This document shows, one piece after another, positions 9,015-19,057 of a stretch of DNA of 64,000 nucleotides (positions are counted from its first letter, which is position 1; the number at the start of each line of letters is the position of its first letter). The notes below the pieces were generated by a model, which saw only the letters and a list, made by a program, of their open reading frames with translations, was not told the origin of the DNA and did not search any database. The translations under genes and the position numbers were made by a program. Source of the DNA: a virus; the IMG/VR virus record IMGVR_UViG_3300017646_000001, positions 32,001 to 96,000 of that record; one strand, 5' to 3'.

Positions 9015-9677
9015 TTCATCGCTCCCACGGTGTTAAAAGAGTACTACCCTAATCAACGGCCACACATGGTGGTTTCACCTGAAAGCACCACTATTTTCAT
9101 TCGAGAGCGGTAAGATTTGTACTGTTACCCGTTACCCTATTGCTCCAAAGCGCGGAGCCGTACCCCCTGCGTCAATAGTGAGCCTGACATGGGCTGCTGG
9201 GGAGAAAACACCGTCTGACCCAACCAGACGTTCGAGATAGCGGCGGGTGCAATTCCCATAATACCAGGCTGGTAACCTGGGCCAGGAGCGAATCTCAGGC
9301 TAGTCGAAGCTACAAGCCAGAGCAGTGGGTTGATTCGGAAGTTGGATGTCCCGCTTATGTAGCTGCCTCTCCGAGGCCTCTCCAGTTTTGGAGAGAAAAG
9401 ACCGCTCTCCCTCATGGTCCTCTCCACGTCCGTCCCCGCACTCGCGGGGCGGGCCTCCGGCGGGGTAGGGGGAGAGCTGTCTTTTCTCTCCAGAAAGAAA
9501 AGAAAAAGACTCATAAATCTTTCCGCGAGCGCGAAGAGACGACCCCGCCGACCACTCTGCTTTCCGCTGTACTCCCCTGATCTTCGCTCGTCTTCCTGTG
9601 ATTCGTCGATTCCACGACGTTTCTGGTAGGAACTCGCCAATGCAGCGACTCCACTCTCCCACACAGGAATCTCTCTC

Positions 9678-9986
9678 ATGTCCATTAGCACCCGCAATAC
9701 CTTCGCTCCGGTCTACAAAGAGATTGCAGATAAGCGCGCTCATAAGCTGATGCCCGTTCGCCCCACTTACAAAGACCCCACTCCGGGAATCTATCGACAT
9801 CATTCTGGCCGTATCGTACACCTGCTGCGCGTAGAAACCCTTCCGACCCGGCAAACCCGAGTCGCGGTGTATTCGGCGGATGGTTCTGAACACCGGCTGC
9901 AGCGCCTGCCCGTCGCCAAGTTTTCCGAAATGCTGTTAATCGGCGGTCGAGCGGTGAAGCGCTTTGAGCCGGTGACGCAACAGTGA
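9678..9986 (+). CDS. DUF1653-like protein
   Basis: PGIYRHHSG...VAVY...P..F.E...KRF pattern. Confidence 0.6.
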   Translation: MSISTRNTFAPVYKEIADKRAHKLMPVRPTYKDPTPGIYRHHSGRIVHLLRVETLPTRQTRVAVYSADGSEHRLQRLPVAKFSEMLLIGGRAVKRFEPVTQQ

Positions 9987-10021
9987 TCAAACGTTACGGG
10001 GTTTAGACTGGAGTCACAGCT

Positions 10022-10612
10022 ATGCCCCGTATCCTTTTGGTGGGAGCTTCTTCCACCGGTAAAACCACTCTCGCCCGTGAAATCGAAGCCAAGCTCGGCA
10101 TCCCGTTCGTATCGGTGCAAACCGGCGACTTGATGCGCGAGTGCGGCGTCCACAGCCACCCTGACCTGCTGCGCCGAACCCCGGAATTTCAGGCCGAATT
10201 TCAGCTTCGACTCGCCCTGGACCGCCTATCCCTGATGCGCCAGCACGAAAATTGCGTGATGGACCGTAGTCCCTTGGACGCCTACGTCTACTACCTGCTC
10301 GGGCCGGCCGCACACCTGAACGCGGAACAAGGCGACTTGCTAGTCGACGCGATGCGCCAGGCGCTGCAACTGTCCGACCTGTCGGTCTACTACAAATTTG
10401 GGTCGATCCCGCTATCGGCCAACGACTTGCGGTCGACCAATCCGCATTTTCACCAAGCCACGTGCGCGTTGTACGGTCACCTGCTGAGCCAGCTTACCAT
10501 GGATGCTCGTCGCCCGTACCGTACGTCGCGCGTGTCCAAGCTGGAGCACCGACTGGCCGAAATCGTCGCATACCTCACTCCGGCTGACCCCTGCTGCGCT
10601 GAGGCTTCGTAA
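10022..10612 (+). CDS. P-loop nucleotide kinase (NadR/AAA_28-like)
   Basis: LVGASSTGKTTLA Walker A and MDRSPLDAYVY motif. Confidence 0.8.
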   Translation: MPRILLVGASSTGKTTLAREIEAKLGIPFVSVQTGDLMRECGVHSHPDLLRRTPEFQAEFQLRLALDRLSLMRQHENCVMDRSPLDAYVYYLLGPAAHLNAEQGDLLVDAMRQALQLSDLSVYYKFGSIPLSANDLRSTNPHFHQATCALYGHLLSQLTMDARRPYRTSRVSKLEHRLAEIVAYLTPADPCCAEAS

Positions 10613-10659
10613 AGTTTTGGGGGTTAACCGTTTTATGGAGAAAAACTCCAGGCAGCATC

Positions 10660-10974
10660 ATGTCTACCCCCAAAAACCTTACTCGGTTCTTCGATCAGCG
10701 CACGCCTGACCTACAGCAGTGGGCGCGTGTAGACCCAGACCAGCACCCGCTCGCCCGTTTGGAGCAGGCAGCGGGTATTACTGCCAAGGAAGCGGCCCGA
10801 CGTTTGGGAATCAGTGTGCGGCAGTACATGCGCTATAAGTCGGGCAAGATTCGCATTTCGGATACGGTACTGCTGCTGATTGACAGCGGAGCCCTGACCC
10901 GGCCGCGCACGGAGTTGGCAATCGAGCGGGAGTTGCAAAAATGGCACAAACGCAGCAATACTTCCAACGACTGA
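10660..10974 (+). CDS. XRE-type HTH DNA-binding protein
   Basis: GITAKEAARRLGISVRQYMRYKSG. Confidence 0.75.
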   Translation: MSTPKNLTRFFDQRTPDLQQWARVDPDQHPLARLEQAAGITAKEAARRLGISVRQYMRYKSGKIRISDTVLLLIDSGALTRPRTELAIERELQKWHKRSNTSND

Positions 10975-11068
10975 TACTGGATGTGCGTTCCGTGTACGCG
11001 CGGCGCAGTCTGGTAGGCCGTATGGTACGTGGCATGCGGTCTGCGCGGCGCGTTTTAGGAGACCAGCC

Positions 11069-12547
11069 TTGGTAGTGGAGCCACGCCTCTACGGCTACTA
11101 CGCGGCCATCTCGACAGAGTTGGCCGCTCGATTATTTGTAGCTAGCGATGACGTTAAGGTGCGCGGCGCAAAGGGCATGATCCAAAACCGCCGTGTGCAA
11201 CGTGCGTTGTATCGGGACAGCCCGGTAGACGGATACTCGCTCGTGCCGGTTGGGTTATTGGGCAGGCCTCAACGCATAGCAGGAGAAGACGTACAGTTCG
11301 CGCTCCCACCGGTCGAGGCCGTGCCCTTTGACGCTGTACCCGAAATTCGTTGGGACTCGTTACGCTCCTACCAGTTAGAAGCAGTAGAAAAAGCGGTGTC
11401 GTCCCGCTCTGGCATGATAGAAATGCCGACGGGTTCTGGTAAGTCCAGGGCGCAGGTGGTTTCTTGCCTCTTGCTGGCTACGATTGGCCCGGTGTATTAC
11501 ATGACGCCAGGCCACACTGTGGTGGAAAATTTCTACGAAGAGTGGGAGAGCCTGCAACAGGAATGGGGAGTGCGCTTTACTCAGCGGTTAGTCGAATACG
11601 ACGCCGTGCGCGCTGGTTATCAGCTAGGTTTGGGCGACATTCTGGTCGGCCCTTCCATTAAGCTTGTTAACGACGGTCGTCCGCTAAACCGCGTGCGCAC
11701 TTTGATCACGGACGAGGGCCACCACTGGACTTCCGATACCAATCACGCCGCACTCGCTCTCATGCCCGACCTGGAGCGTTCGATCTCCTTCTCTGGTACT
11801 CCGTTTGATGGCAAGCTTAACCCAGATAGCATTCGGCATACCGATTATGACAACGCGCGTATTATTGCGGGCTCTGGATATTCCATTCACACCACGTTAC
11901 CGGAAGAAATCAGCGAGTACGTAGACTTACCGGACGTGTGCAACCTGATGTTTCAATGGACGCCGGCTGAACTAAAGGGAGTACAGAACACCAACAACTG
12001 GGTGGCTATCTCTCGTGCTATGAAACGCAACGATCGCCGCACCCGGCTAATCGCCGCCGTGGTAGATGGACTGTGCGCGTTAGGTCGTACTTCGGTGACT
12101 CCGTTTTCTTCCAAGGACTACGCGTTGGCTGTGCTAGAAGCCTCAAATGACCCACGCGTGGTGTGCTGGTTCGGCGATGGCGTGCTCATCCACCGTGGCA
12201 ATAATGTAGAACGCTGCTCCATCGAGCAAGTAAAGGAACGCGTCAACGAGGGAACGTATGCTTCGTTGTTGACCACGTCCCACGTGGACGAAAGTCTAAA
12301 TATTCCCAAAATCAATACGACTTTCTTGGCCGAAGGCAAGAAGCTGCGCCGCGTGAAGCAGCGCGCCGGCCGCGCCATTCGTAAGGGCGAACTGAAAAGC
12401 ACTATCATTAACATGTACGACATGGGTCAAGAGGTGCTGCGCGCTCAGGCCCGGTATCGTGCTGACGAATTGACTGCTTACTATAAGACGAAGCAGTATC
12501 GGTTCAACCACCCGTTAGAGTTGGTTGACTATCTCGCTTCTCTCTAG
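11069..12547 (+). CDS. SF2 DEAD/DEAH helicase (UvsW-like)
   Basis: LRSYQ, MPTGSGKS, DEGHH, FSGTP, ESLNIP, QRAGRAIR. Confidence 0.88.
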   Translation: MVVEPRLYGYYAAISTELAARLFVASDDVKVRGAKGMIQNRRVQRALYRDSPVDGYSLVPVGLLGRPQRIAGEDVQFALPPVEAVPFDAVPEIRWDSLRSYQLEAVEKAVSSRSGMIEMPTGSGKSRAQVVSCLLLATIGPVYYMTPGHTVVENFYEEWESLQQEWGVRFTQRLVEYDAVRAGYQLGLGDILVGPSIKLVNDGRPLNRVRTLITDEGHHWTSDTNHAALALMPDLERSISFSGTPFDGKLNPDSIRHTDYDNARIIAGSGYSIHTTLPEEISEYVDLPDVCNLMFQWTPAELKGVQNTNNWVAISRAMKRNDRRTRLIAAVVDGLCALGRTSVTPFSSKDYALAVLEASNDPRVVCWFGDGVLIHRGNNVERCSIEQVKERVNEGTYASLLTTSHVDESLNIPKINTTFLAEGKKLRRVKQRAGRAIRKGELKSTIINMYDMGQEVLRAQARYRADELTAYYKTKQYRFNHPLELVDYLASL

Positions 12548-12556
12548 GAACATGTA

Positions 12557-15361
12557 ATGAAAATTTGTCTCTCGGCGGATTGGCATTGTCATCCGTGGTC
12601 CACTCACGCTCGGTATAACGAATTTGGTGTTCCGGATCGGTTGGAGCTGTTTCTGACACTGGCGCAAGATATTCGCCAGTTGTGCGCGCAGCGCGGCGTG
12701 GAACACCAAATCGTAGCGGGCGACATCCTGCAAACGCATTCCCCCAAACCGATGGTGTCGAACACGGTGCGCGCCATGTTCGATGTGTTCGAAGAAGCTG
12801 AAATCCACACCTTGGTTGTGGTAGGCAACCACGACGTCGATCAGAAGTCAGGGCGGTTTGACGATATCCACTCCGGCCTAGCCGCTTTGGTGCGAGGGTA
12901 TAAGCACGTGGAATACTACGGTGCGCCGGCTACGGTCGCGTTCGCCGGTCAACGGGTTTATATCCACCCGTGGGTACACGGCGAACCTAACTACGACGCC
13001 ATGCCGGAGGCTGACATCTTTGTCGGTCACGGCATCGTTCAGCAGTCAACCGACCCGCATGGACACGTATTCGAGAATGGGTACGACGCGCGACGTTTGG
13101 GCGAGCACTTCCGATTTTCGGTTATCGGGGATATCCATCGTGGCCAAGTATTGCACGGTGAGAACGGCAGCAAGACGCTGATTCCTGGTCAGCCAATGCA
13201 AATTAACCATGCTTCAGATCCTAATTCCGGTATTTGGTTTCTGGATACCGAAGACTATAGCTTGGAGTTCGTGCCGACCACTGAATTCCCGTCTGCTGAT
13301 CGGTACCACCGGTTTCTTTCTGTAGAAGGAGAGCCGCCTACCGATGCGCCTGCCAACGTGCACTATAAGCGCAAGATGTCGCGTAAGAGCGCAGACCGGC
13401 AGCAGGTGGAAACCGAAGTCGTGCAGGTGGCTCAGCAAAACCTGCTGGACGTGGCTCTGTCCGAGTTCCATATGCTCAAGCCCGAGCATGCTGAAGAGGG
13501 TGCACAACTTCTGAGGGACGCCTACGAGCAAGTGCGCGAGATGGCCCCTAAGGAGCGCATCCACTCCAACCAGCGTTTGGGCCGTTTGGAGATCCACGAC
13601 TTCTACTCCATTCCGGACTACGTGCTGGATTTGCAGCAAATGGAAGGCGACGTACTGATCGTCGGAAAGAACGGACACGGCAAGTCCAGTCTGGTAGAGG
13701 CCGTGTTTTGGTGCTTAACGGGCGAGAACACCAAGCGCACGCCGGTTGATCAAATCTCGAACAATGTCACCGGTCAGCCAGCACGGGTTTCTCTGGAAGT
13801 CTTGGATGGCAAGGATGTGTGGAAGATCACACGTTCTCGTGCCGAGCCGTTGCTCACTCTGGAGCAAAATGGAGTCAGCCAGACTAAGGCCAAGACGATC
13901 GAAACCCAGGAACAGATTTATCAGCTGTTGGGCATGCGCGGCGCGTCCGACCTACTGTCGTTGATTTATTTCTCAGTCAATCAGAACAAGTCGTTCTCGG
14001 ACATGTTGCCCAGCGAACAGCTGGAGTTTTTGGGTCGCTTGACTGACTCCGAACAGTTCGAGGAGTTCAAGCGCATCCTGTCCGAACAGGAAGTCGAACT
14101 ATCGCGTCAATACTCGGAGCATTTGATCGAGCAGCGTACGGTCCAAGGTTTGATCGAACAGCGAGAAGCGCAGATCGCTGAGCTTTCCCAACGCTCTGCG
14201 ACCGACGTAGAGCAGGCCGCTATCGCTCGCGTCAATGAGCACTATGGGTTGGAATTGACCAACTCCGCCGACGCCAAACGCGCGTTACAGGCGGTGCAAA
14301 CCACGCTGCAACAAAAGGCCGACGCCTGCGCTACCGAACAAGAAGCCAGTAATGCTGAAAACGCGTTGCGCATTACTCGCTCAGCCATCACGCAGCAGGA
14401 AAACGCGCTTTCCCGAACTCAGGTCGAGCTGACGCGCATAGAAGGCGACATCGGCACTCTGACGCGCCGTTACGAGCAGGCTCTGTCTAACAAGTGCCCT
14501 GAGTGCGGTCAGGCTGTGCACGACCCAGATATCCAAAACCGTATTCTGGCTCAGGTTAAGGAAGTAGGACAACGGCGCAAGTCTCTACTAACCGAAGTTT
14601 CCGCGATCGAGCAAGAAATCTCGGCGCTGCGTCAAAAAGAACCCGGTCAAGCTACGCTTGCCGCTCAGATGCGGGAGAGTGCTACCAATCGTGCCGGGTT
14701 CGAATTTCAAGTCAAGCAGGCTGCCGCTCTGCTGTTGGAGTTCGAAGCCGAAGTCACGGACCACGCTGCCAAGATACAACATTACCAGGATGATATCAAG
14801 CAGCTCAAGACACGCTTGGCTAATTCCCGCGCGGAGTCTGATAAGTTGGAACCGCGTTATCGCGCTGCTCAGTTAATTAAGAGCAAAATGCTGGTGAAGA
14901 ACTCCAGCATGGTGCAGCAGATGGTGTCTGGTGTCTACGCTGCGTTAGTACAGACCATGAACGACATGGTGGGTGACCGCCGCTTGTTTCATGCTAAGGC
15001 TGTGACTGGCAAAAAGCTGGACATGAAGGTGTCGTTCCGAGGCGAGAAGCCGGTCACGATGCGTGGCATGAGCGCGGGCGAACGCCGCTTGCTCGATATT
15101 CTGTCCCTCTTCGCTCTGAACACTATGTTTGAGCGCCGGTTTGGGCTGCAAGACGGCATTCTTGGCGTAGCCTTCTACGACGAAATTGTCACCTACCTGG
15201 ACCCCGAATACCTGGATATCGTGTTCTCTGCTATCCAGAATCTGCAAACGCGCCTTCGCGTCATGGTGACACACGACGAGAACCTGATGAGCTACTACGA
15301 TAAGATCATCCGTGTTGAGAAGGTAGATCGACTCACCCGATTCACGATGATAAACATGTAA
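12557..15361 (+). CDS. Fused Mre11/SbcD nuclease-Rad50/SbcC ATPase
   Basis: N-terminal SADWH, AGD, GNHD, GH, GDIH phosphoesterase motifs; then GKNGHGKS, coiled coil with CPEC zinc hook, MSAGE signature, FYDE, VTH. Confidence 0.9.
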   Translation: MKICLSADWHCHPWSTHARYNEFGVPDRLELFLTLAQDIRQLCAQRGVEHQIVAGDILQTHSPKPMVSNTVRAMFDVFEEAEIHTLVVVGNHDVDQKSGRFDDIHSGLAALVRGYKHVEYYGAPATVAFAGQRVYIHPWVHGEPNYDAMPEADIFVGHGIVQQSTDPHGHVFENGYDARRLGEHFRFSVIGDIHRGQVLHGENGSKTLIPGQPMQINHASDPNSGIWFLDTEDYSLEFVPTTEFPSADRYHRFLSVEGEPPTDAPANVHYKRKMSRKSADRQQVETEVVQVAQQNLLDVALSEFHMLKPEHAEEGAQLLRDAYEQVREMAPKERIHSNQRLGRLEIHDFYSIPDYVLDLQQMEGDVLIVGKNGHGKSSLVEAVFWCLTGENTKRTPVDQISNNVTGQPARVSLEVLDGKDVWKITRSRAEPLLTLEQNGVSQTKAKTIETQEQIYQLLGMRGASDLLSLIYFSVNQNKSFSDMLPSEQLEFLGRLTDSEQFEEFKRILSEQEVELSRQYSEHLIEQRTVQGLIEQREAQIAELSQRSATDVEQAAIARVNEHYGLELTNSADAKRALQAVQTTLQQKADACATEQEASNAENALRITRSAITQQENALSRTQVELTRIEGDIGTLTRRYEQALSNKCPECGQAVHDPDIQNRILAQVKEVGQRRKSLLTEVSAIEQEISALRQKEPGQATLAAQMRESATNRAGFEFQVKQAAALLLEFEAEVTDHAAKIQHYQDDIKQLKTRLANSRAESDKLEPRYRAAQLIKSKMLVKNSSMVQQMVSGVYAALVQTMNDMVGDRRLFHAKAVTGKKLDMKVSFRGEKPVTMRGMSAGERRLLDILSLFALNTMFERRFGLQDGILGVAFYDEIVTYLDPEYLDIVFSAIQNLQTRLRVMVTHDENLMSYYDKIIRVEKVDRLTRFTMINM

Positions 15362-15451
15362 CGTCGAATCGTTAATAGTTGGACCGTGGGCGCTCCAAAC
15401 AGGGGTGAGCGTCTCGGCATAGTGCGAGTACCCCTAGATTAGGAAAAAGAC

Positions 15452-16450
15452 ATGAGTGAAGCTCCCAAGCCTATCCGCAACCTCGAAATGACGGATGCGG
15501 ACTTCGAGAACATCGAGCTGTTCTCTGGCGTACAACAAGACGCCGAGCAATACCGTGACCAGAACTCCGACGACGACCGCGCCCCGACCGCCTACATCGA
15601 CGAAGGCAACTACTGGGTGCGCCTGTACCCTGAAATGATCATCAACGAAGCCGGCGCGCGTCAACTCGTCGTGGTACGCCGCTTCTGGTCCTACCAGCGT
15701 GCCTTCGGTGTACGCCGCCTGCCCGCTCCCAAGGACGGTGACTGCCCGATCCGCCAGCAAGTGCAGCGCCTGAAGGACGCCAACTACGACGAGGCTTGGA
15801 AGTATACGGCCAAGGAAGAAGGCCTGATCAAGCTGTACATCTACAAGATGTCGCTCAAGGACCACAAGTACATCAAGGTCAAGACCCCGATGTTCTTCAT
15901 CTTGCGCCGCAAGCAGCTGACTGCCCTGGCCGACTTCCTGGCCGACCTGTCGCCCGAAGACCTGCGCAACATCATGAACCCGCGCGTGGCTGCGCCGCTG
16001 ATCAAGTTCTCGTTCACCAAGGGCTCCGGCGGCTCGTCTTCGTTCGGCTTCGATCTCGCTCGTGAAGAGCTGCCTCCGCTGCCCGAAGACTTCCCTTCGC
16101 TGTACGATGTGGTCATGCCCGAATCGGACGCCAAACCGCCCACCGACGAAGAAATCGCCAAGTACAAGAAGGGCATCAGCGCCTTGCTGGCTGCCGGTAC
16201 CAACCTGCTCAACCCCGACGAGCAGGAAGGCGGCGAAAACCCGATGGCGCGCGCCAAGGCTGCTGCCGCTGGCTCGGCCAAGGAGCTGGTGAACAACGTC
16301 AAGAGCGCCGCCGCTCAAGCCGCTGCCGCGTCGGGCCTGGCTGGTGGTGCAAAGCCGGCCGAAGAGGCGGCTCAGACGGAAACCCAGGTCAACGCCAGCG
16401 ATCCGAGCGATGCGGCGCGTCGCGCCGTACAGGCTGCGCTGGGAGAGTGA
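15452..16450 (+). CDS. Single-stranded DNA-binding protein (T4 gp32-like, putative)
   Basis: VRLYP...DCPI core with a low-complexity acidic/Ala tail, strong codon bias, and replication-module context. Confidence 0.55.
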   Translation: MSEAPKPIRNLEMTDADFENIELFSGVQQDAEQYRDQNSDDDRAPTAYIDEGNYWVRLYPEMIINEAGARQLVVVRRFWSYQRAFGVRRLPAPKDGDCPIRQQVQRLKDANYDEAWKYTAKEEGLIKLYIYKMSLKDHKYIKVKTPMFFILRRKQLTALADFLADLSPEDLRNIMNPRVAAPLIKFSFTKGSGGSSSFGFDLAREELPPLPEDFPSLYDVVMPESDAKPPTDEEIAKYKKGISALLAAGTNLLNPDEQEGGENPMARAKAAAAGSAKELVNNVKSAAAQAAAASGLAGGAKPAEEAAQTETQVNASDPSDAARRAVQAALGE

Positions 16451-16466
16451 TCGCCCGATCCGGTTG

Positions 16467-16631
16467 ATGCAGTCAGAGAAAACCCCGGCCAGTCCGGGGT
16501 TTTCTTGTTTTTCGACCGATCCCGCTCGTTCGGTCGGCAATCCGGACACATCGGGCTATCACCCAGACTGCCTGTTTTGCGAGCACTACGAAGCCTGCGT
16601 AGATCTGCTGCTCCCGGACGTTCCTTACTAG
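16467..16631 (+). CDS. Possible small Cys-rich protein
   Basis: MQSEK...CF...CLFCEHYEAC; it overlaps the terminator, so it is uncertain. Confidence 0.3.
   Translation: MQSEKTPASPGFSCFSTDPARSVGNPDTSGYHPDCLFCEHYEACVDLLLPDVPY
16477..16512 (+). terminator. Intrinsic terminator
   Basis: AGAAAACCCCGG-CCAGT-CCGGGGTTTTCT followed by TGTTTTT. Confidence 0.8.
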
Positions 16632-16650
16632 CCCCACTCTTTAGAACGTC

Positions 16651-17190
16651 ATGGCCCCATACAATCCTCAGGAAGACATGCTGCCACAATTGGTGCGCTC
16701 CCAACAAAAACGGGAGCTGTATCACCAGTTGTGGATGGATATGGCGTGGCGTGCTTCCTTAATGTCCCATTCGGTCAAGCGCCGAGTGGGTGCTGTCTTA
16801 GTAAAGGATGGCGACCCGATTTCCATCGGTTGGAACGGCATGCCGTCTGGCTTGCCCAACGCGTGCGAACGCTGGGACGACGCGTTGCAGAAATACGTCA
16901 CCTTGGACGGCGTTCTGCATGCGGAAGAAAACATCGTGCGCAAGATGGCGCGCTCCGCGTCCTCCAGCACTGGAGCTACCCTATACATCACGTACGCGCC
17001 GTGCGACAAATGCGCTCGCCTAATTTGGGGCATGGGCGTGGCTCAAGTGTACTACGACCAAAGCGATACCAATCCGGACGAGCCTGGAGTCACACTACTG
17101 CGTGCCCTGGATGTTCCCGTATCACAGTTTCAATCTTGTAATGCTGCCATGATTGACAGCCTTAAGCCTTACAATAGGACCATAGCATGA
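16651..17190 (+). CDS. dCMP deaminase
   Basis: VGAVLV, GWNG, HAEEN, PCDKC. Confidence 0.92.
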   Translation: MAPYNPQEDMLPQLVRSQQKRELYHQLWMDMAWRASLMSHSVKRRVGAVLVKDGDPISIGWNGMPSGLPNACERWDDALQKYVTLDGVLHAEENIVRKMARSASSSTGATLYITYAPCDKCARLIWGMGVAQVYYDQSDTNPDEPGVTLLRALDVPVSQFQSCNAAMIDSLKPYNRTIA

Positions 17191-18431
17191 AGCCTACTGC
17201 CAGCCACCTGCAACTGTTGCGTTCCTTCCCGTTTGATCCCAACCTGCACCGGATGCGCACCGCTTCCGCCTACATCAACATCGCCGGGTGCGGTGGCCTG
17301 GACTGGGGATCGATGGTAGAACTGCAGGGCCCGCCCTCCGGCGGCAAGAGTACGTATGCCTATCAGTCGGCCGAGTGTTTCTTGGAAGACTACGGCGACC
17401 TGGGCGAAGTGCTGATTCTGGACCCCGAAAACTCAGCTAACCATCTGCGCCTGGGTAAGGTATTCAACCTACACATCAACAATCACCCGTCGGTGCGCAA
17501 CCCCGACCCTCGCGTCAATCTCGAATTCGCTCCTACTTACGAGTCGGCGGTTGAAATCGTGTCTCGGTACATTCGCCGCATCAAGGCCGAAGGCAAGTTC
17601 TTGCTCATCATCTGGGACTCGATCACGATGTCCAAGCCCAAGAACGAGTATGAGTCGATTTCGGCCACGCTCAAAGCACAGGAGGACAAGCCCAACTCCA
17701 AGGAAGCTAAAGAGGGTCTGGGTATGAAGATGAACGATAAGATGCTGCGCCCCCAGATTATGAAGTGGGCGGTCAACCAGATTATGACCGAAATGTACCG
17801 CGCGCCGGTCATCGCTTTCTTGATCAACCAAGCTACCACGCAGTTTACCATGTTCGGTGCGGTTGAAGGCTCGGGCGGCGGATACGGATTCAAGCACGGT
17901 ATCCACTACTCGCTCAAGTTCAAGAAAATCAAGAAGATTGACGGCAGCAGCAAGCTGTTCAGCGTCGGTACGCTCACCCGCATGAGCATTGAGAAATCCA
18001 AGGTGATTCCTTACTTGGACAACATCGAAATCCTGATCCGCGACGATCAGGGTGGTCGCATTGACTCCAACATGGAGATTTTCAAGAACTCGGTCACGTC
18101 CGGGTTCATTCACGCCAAGAACGGCGGGTGGTACATGGTGGACCCCGCGCTGGTCGAACAACTGCTGCCCACGCTCACACCTGAACAAATTCAAGCCCTG
18201 CAAGAGGAGACCGGCTCAACCGACTTCCAGTTCGACAAGAACCGCAATATGCGGGACTTGGCTGATCACGCTCCCTCGATCGCTATCCTAGAGAAGGCCA
18301 TCGAGCGCGACCTGCGCGCCAACTTCCAGCTGTTGAACTGGGCGTACGAAGAACTGGATTTGACCTTGGAGGACTACAAGAACCGCCCCGTTCCAGCCAA
18401 GAAGGCTGCAAAAGCTAAGGCGGAGGCATGA
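17187..18431 (+). CDS. RecA/UvsX-like recombinase
   Basis: ELQGPPSGGKST, LDPEN, IIWDSI, LINQ, GGGYGFKH. Confidence 0.88.
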   Translation: MKPTASHLQLLRSFPFDPNLHRMRTASAYINIAGCGGLDWGSMVELQGPPSGGKSTYAYQSAECFLEDYGDLGEVLILDPENSANHLRLGKVFNLHINNHPSVRNPDPRVNLEFAPTYESAVEIVSRYIRRIKAEGKFLLIIWDSITMSKPKNEYESISATLKAQEDKPNSKEAKEGLGMKMNDKMLRPQIMKWAVNQIMTEMYRAPVIAFLINQATTQFTMFGAVEGSGGGYGFKHGIHYSLKFKKIKKIDGSSKLFSVGTLTRMSIEKSKVIPYLDNIEILIRDDQGGRIDSNMEIFKNSVTSGFIHAKNGGWYMVDPALVEQLLPTLTPEQIQALQEETGSTDFQFDKNRNMRDLADHAPSIAILEKAIERDLRANFQLLNWAYEELDLTLEDYKNRPVPAKKAAKAKAEA

Positions 18432-18631
18432 CCGTGCTGCTGTGGTTGTTGTGTCTGTACTTCGTGGTGGGCGGCGTTTTTTGGAGCTATGCTATCGTCT
18501 ATAATTGGTGGACTTGTCGGGCTCTAAGCGCGGTTAGCTTGCTGCGCGCTTATACGGTGATTTTTGTAGGGCTGCTGTGTTGCCTCATTGCTTGGCCCTT
18601 TTTGGCCTATGAATTCTTTTCTCGCAAGTAG
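18428..18631 (+). CDS. Small two-TM membrane protein
   Basis: Two hydrophobic segments; ATGA coupling to the upstream gene. Confidence 0.6.
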   Translation: MTVLLWLLCLYFVVGGVFWSYAIVYNWWTCRALSAVSLLRAYTVIFVGLLCCLIAWPFLAYEFFSRK

Positions 18632-18634
18632 AAT

Positions 18635-19057
18635 ATGGACCCCATTACCGTAGATTCGACTGAATACCTAGACCTGTTGGGAGAACGCGAACGTCAGATC
18701 GTATACGGGGCGCAGTCGTTGATCCGCGCCGCGCTCCCTACAGGCAATGAAGTACTGGCGTACGCCCGTCTGAACCTGGAGACGCAGGACGACCTCAACA
18801 ATCTGTTGAGCAACGTCACCATGGTGTACAACCGCAAGTACTCCCAAATGCGTACCTTGGAGTCACGTCTTCGCGACTCGTATAAAGAAGATGGCATCAA
18901 GGCGCGAGAAGAACGCGACGTAGCTGTGCACTCCGACTCCAAATGGGTAGACCTGCATCTAAGTGCGAGTACGTTGCAGGTGCTGATGCGCCGGCTTGAA
19001 GCTCTGTCCTGGAACCTCCGCAACGCTCTCGCTATCGTCACGCACAGCGCCAAATGA
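18635..19057 (+). CDS. Helical protein, possible UvsY-like recombination mediator
   Basis: 140 aa, all-helical, ends LEALSWNLRNAL, located beside recA. Confidence 0.4.
   Translation: MDPITVDSTEYLDLLGERERQIVYGAQSLIRAALPTGNEVLAYARLNLETQDDLNNLLSNVTMVYNRKYSQMRTLESRLRDSYKEDGIKAREERDVAVHSDSKWVDLHLSASTLQVLMRRLEALSWNLRNALAIVTHSAK

Noticed and set aside
9137-9893. Minus-strand ORFs 9137..9697 and 9300..9893
   Set aside because: Low-complexity R/S/G-rich translations that overlap each other and the DUF1653-like gene, with no motifs; treated as probably non-coding.
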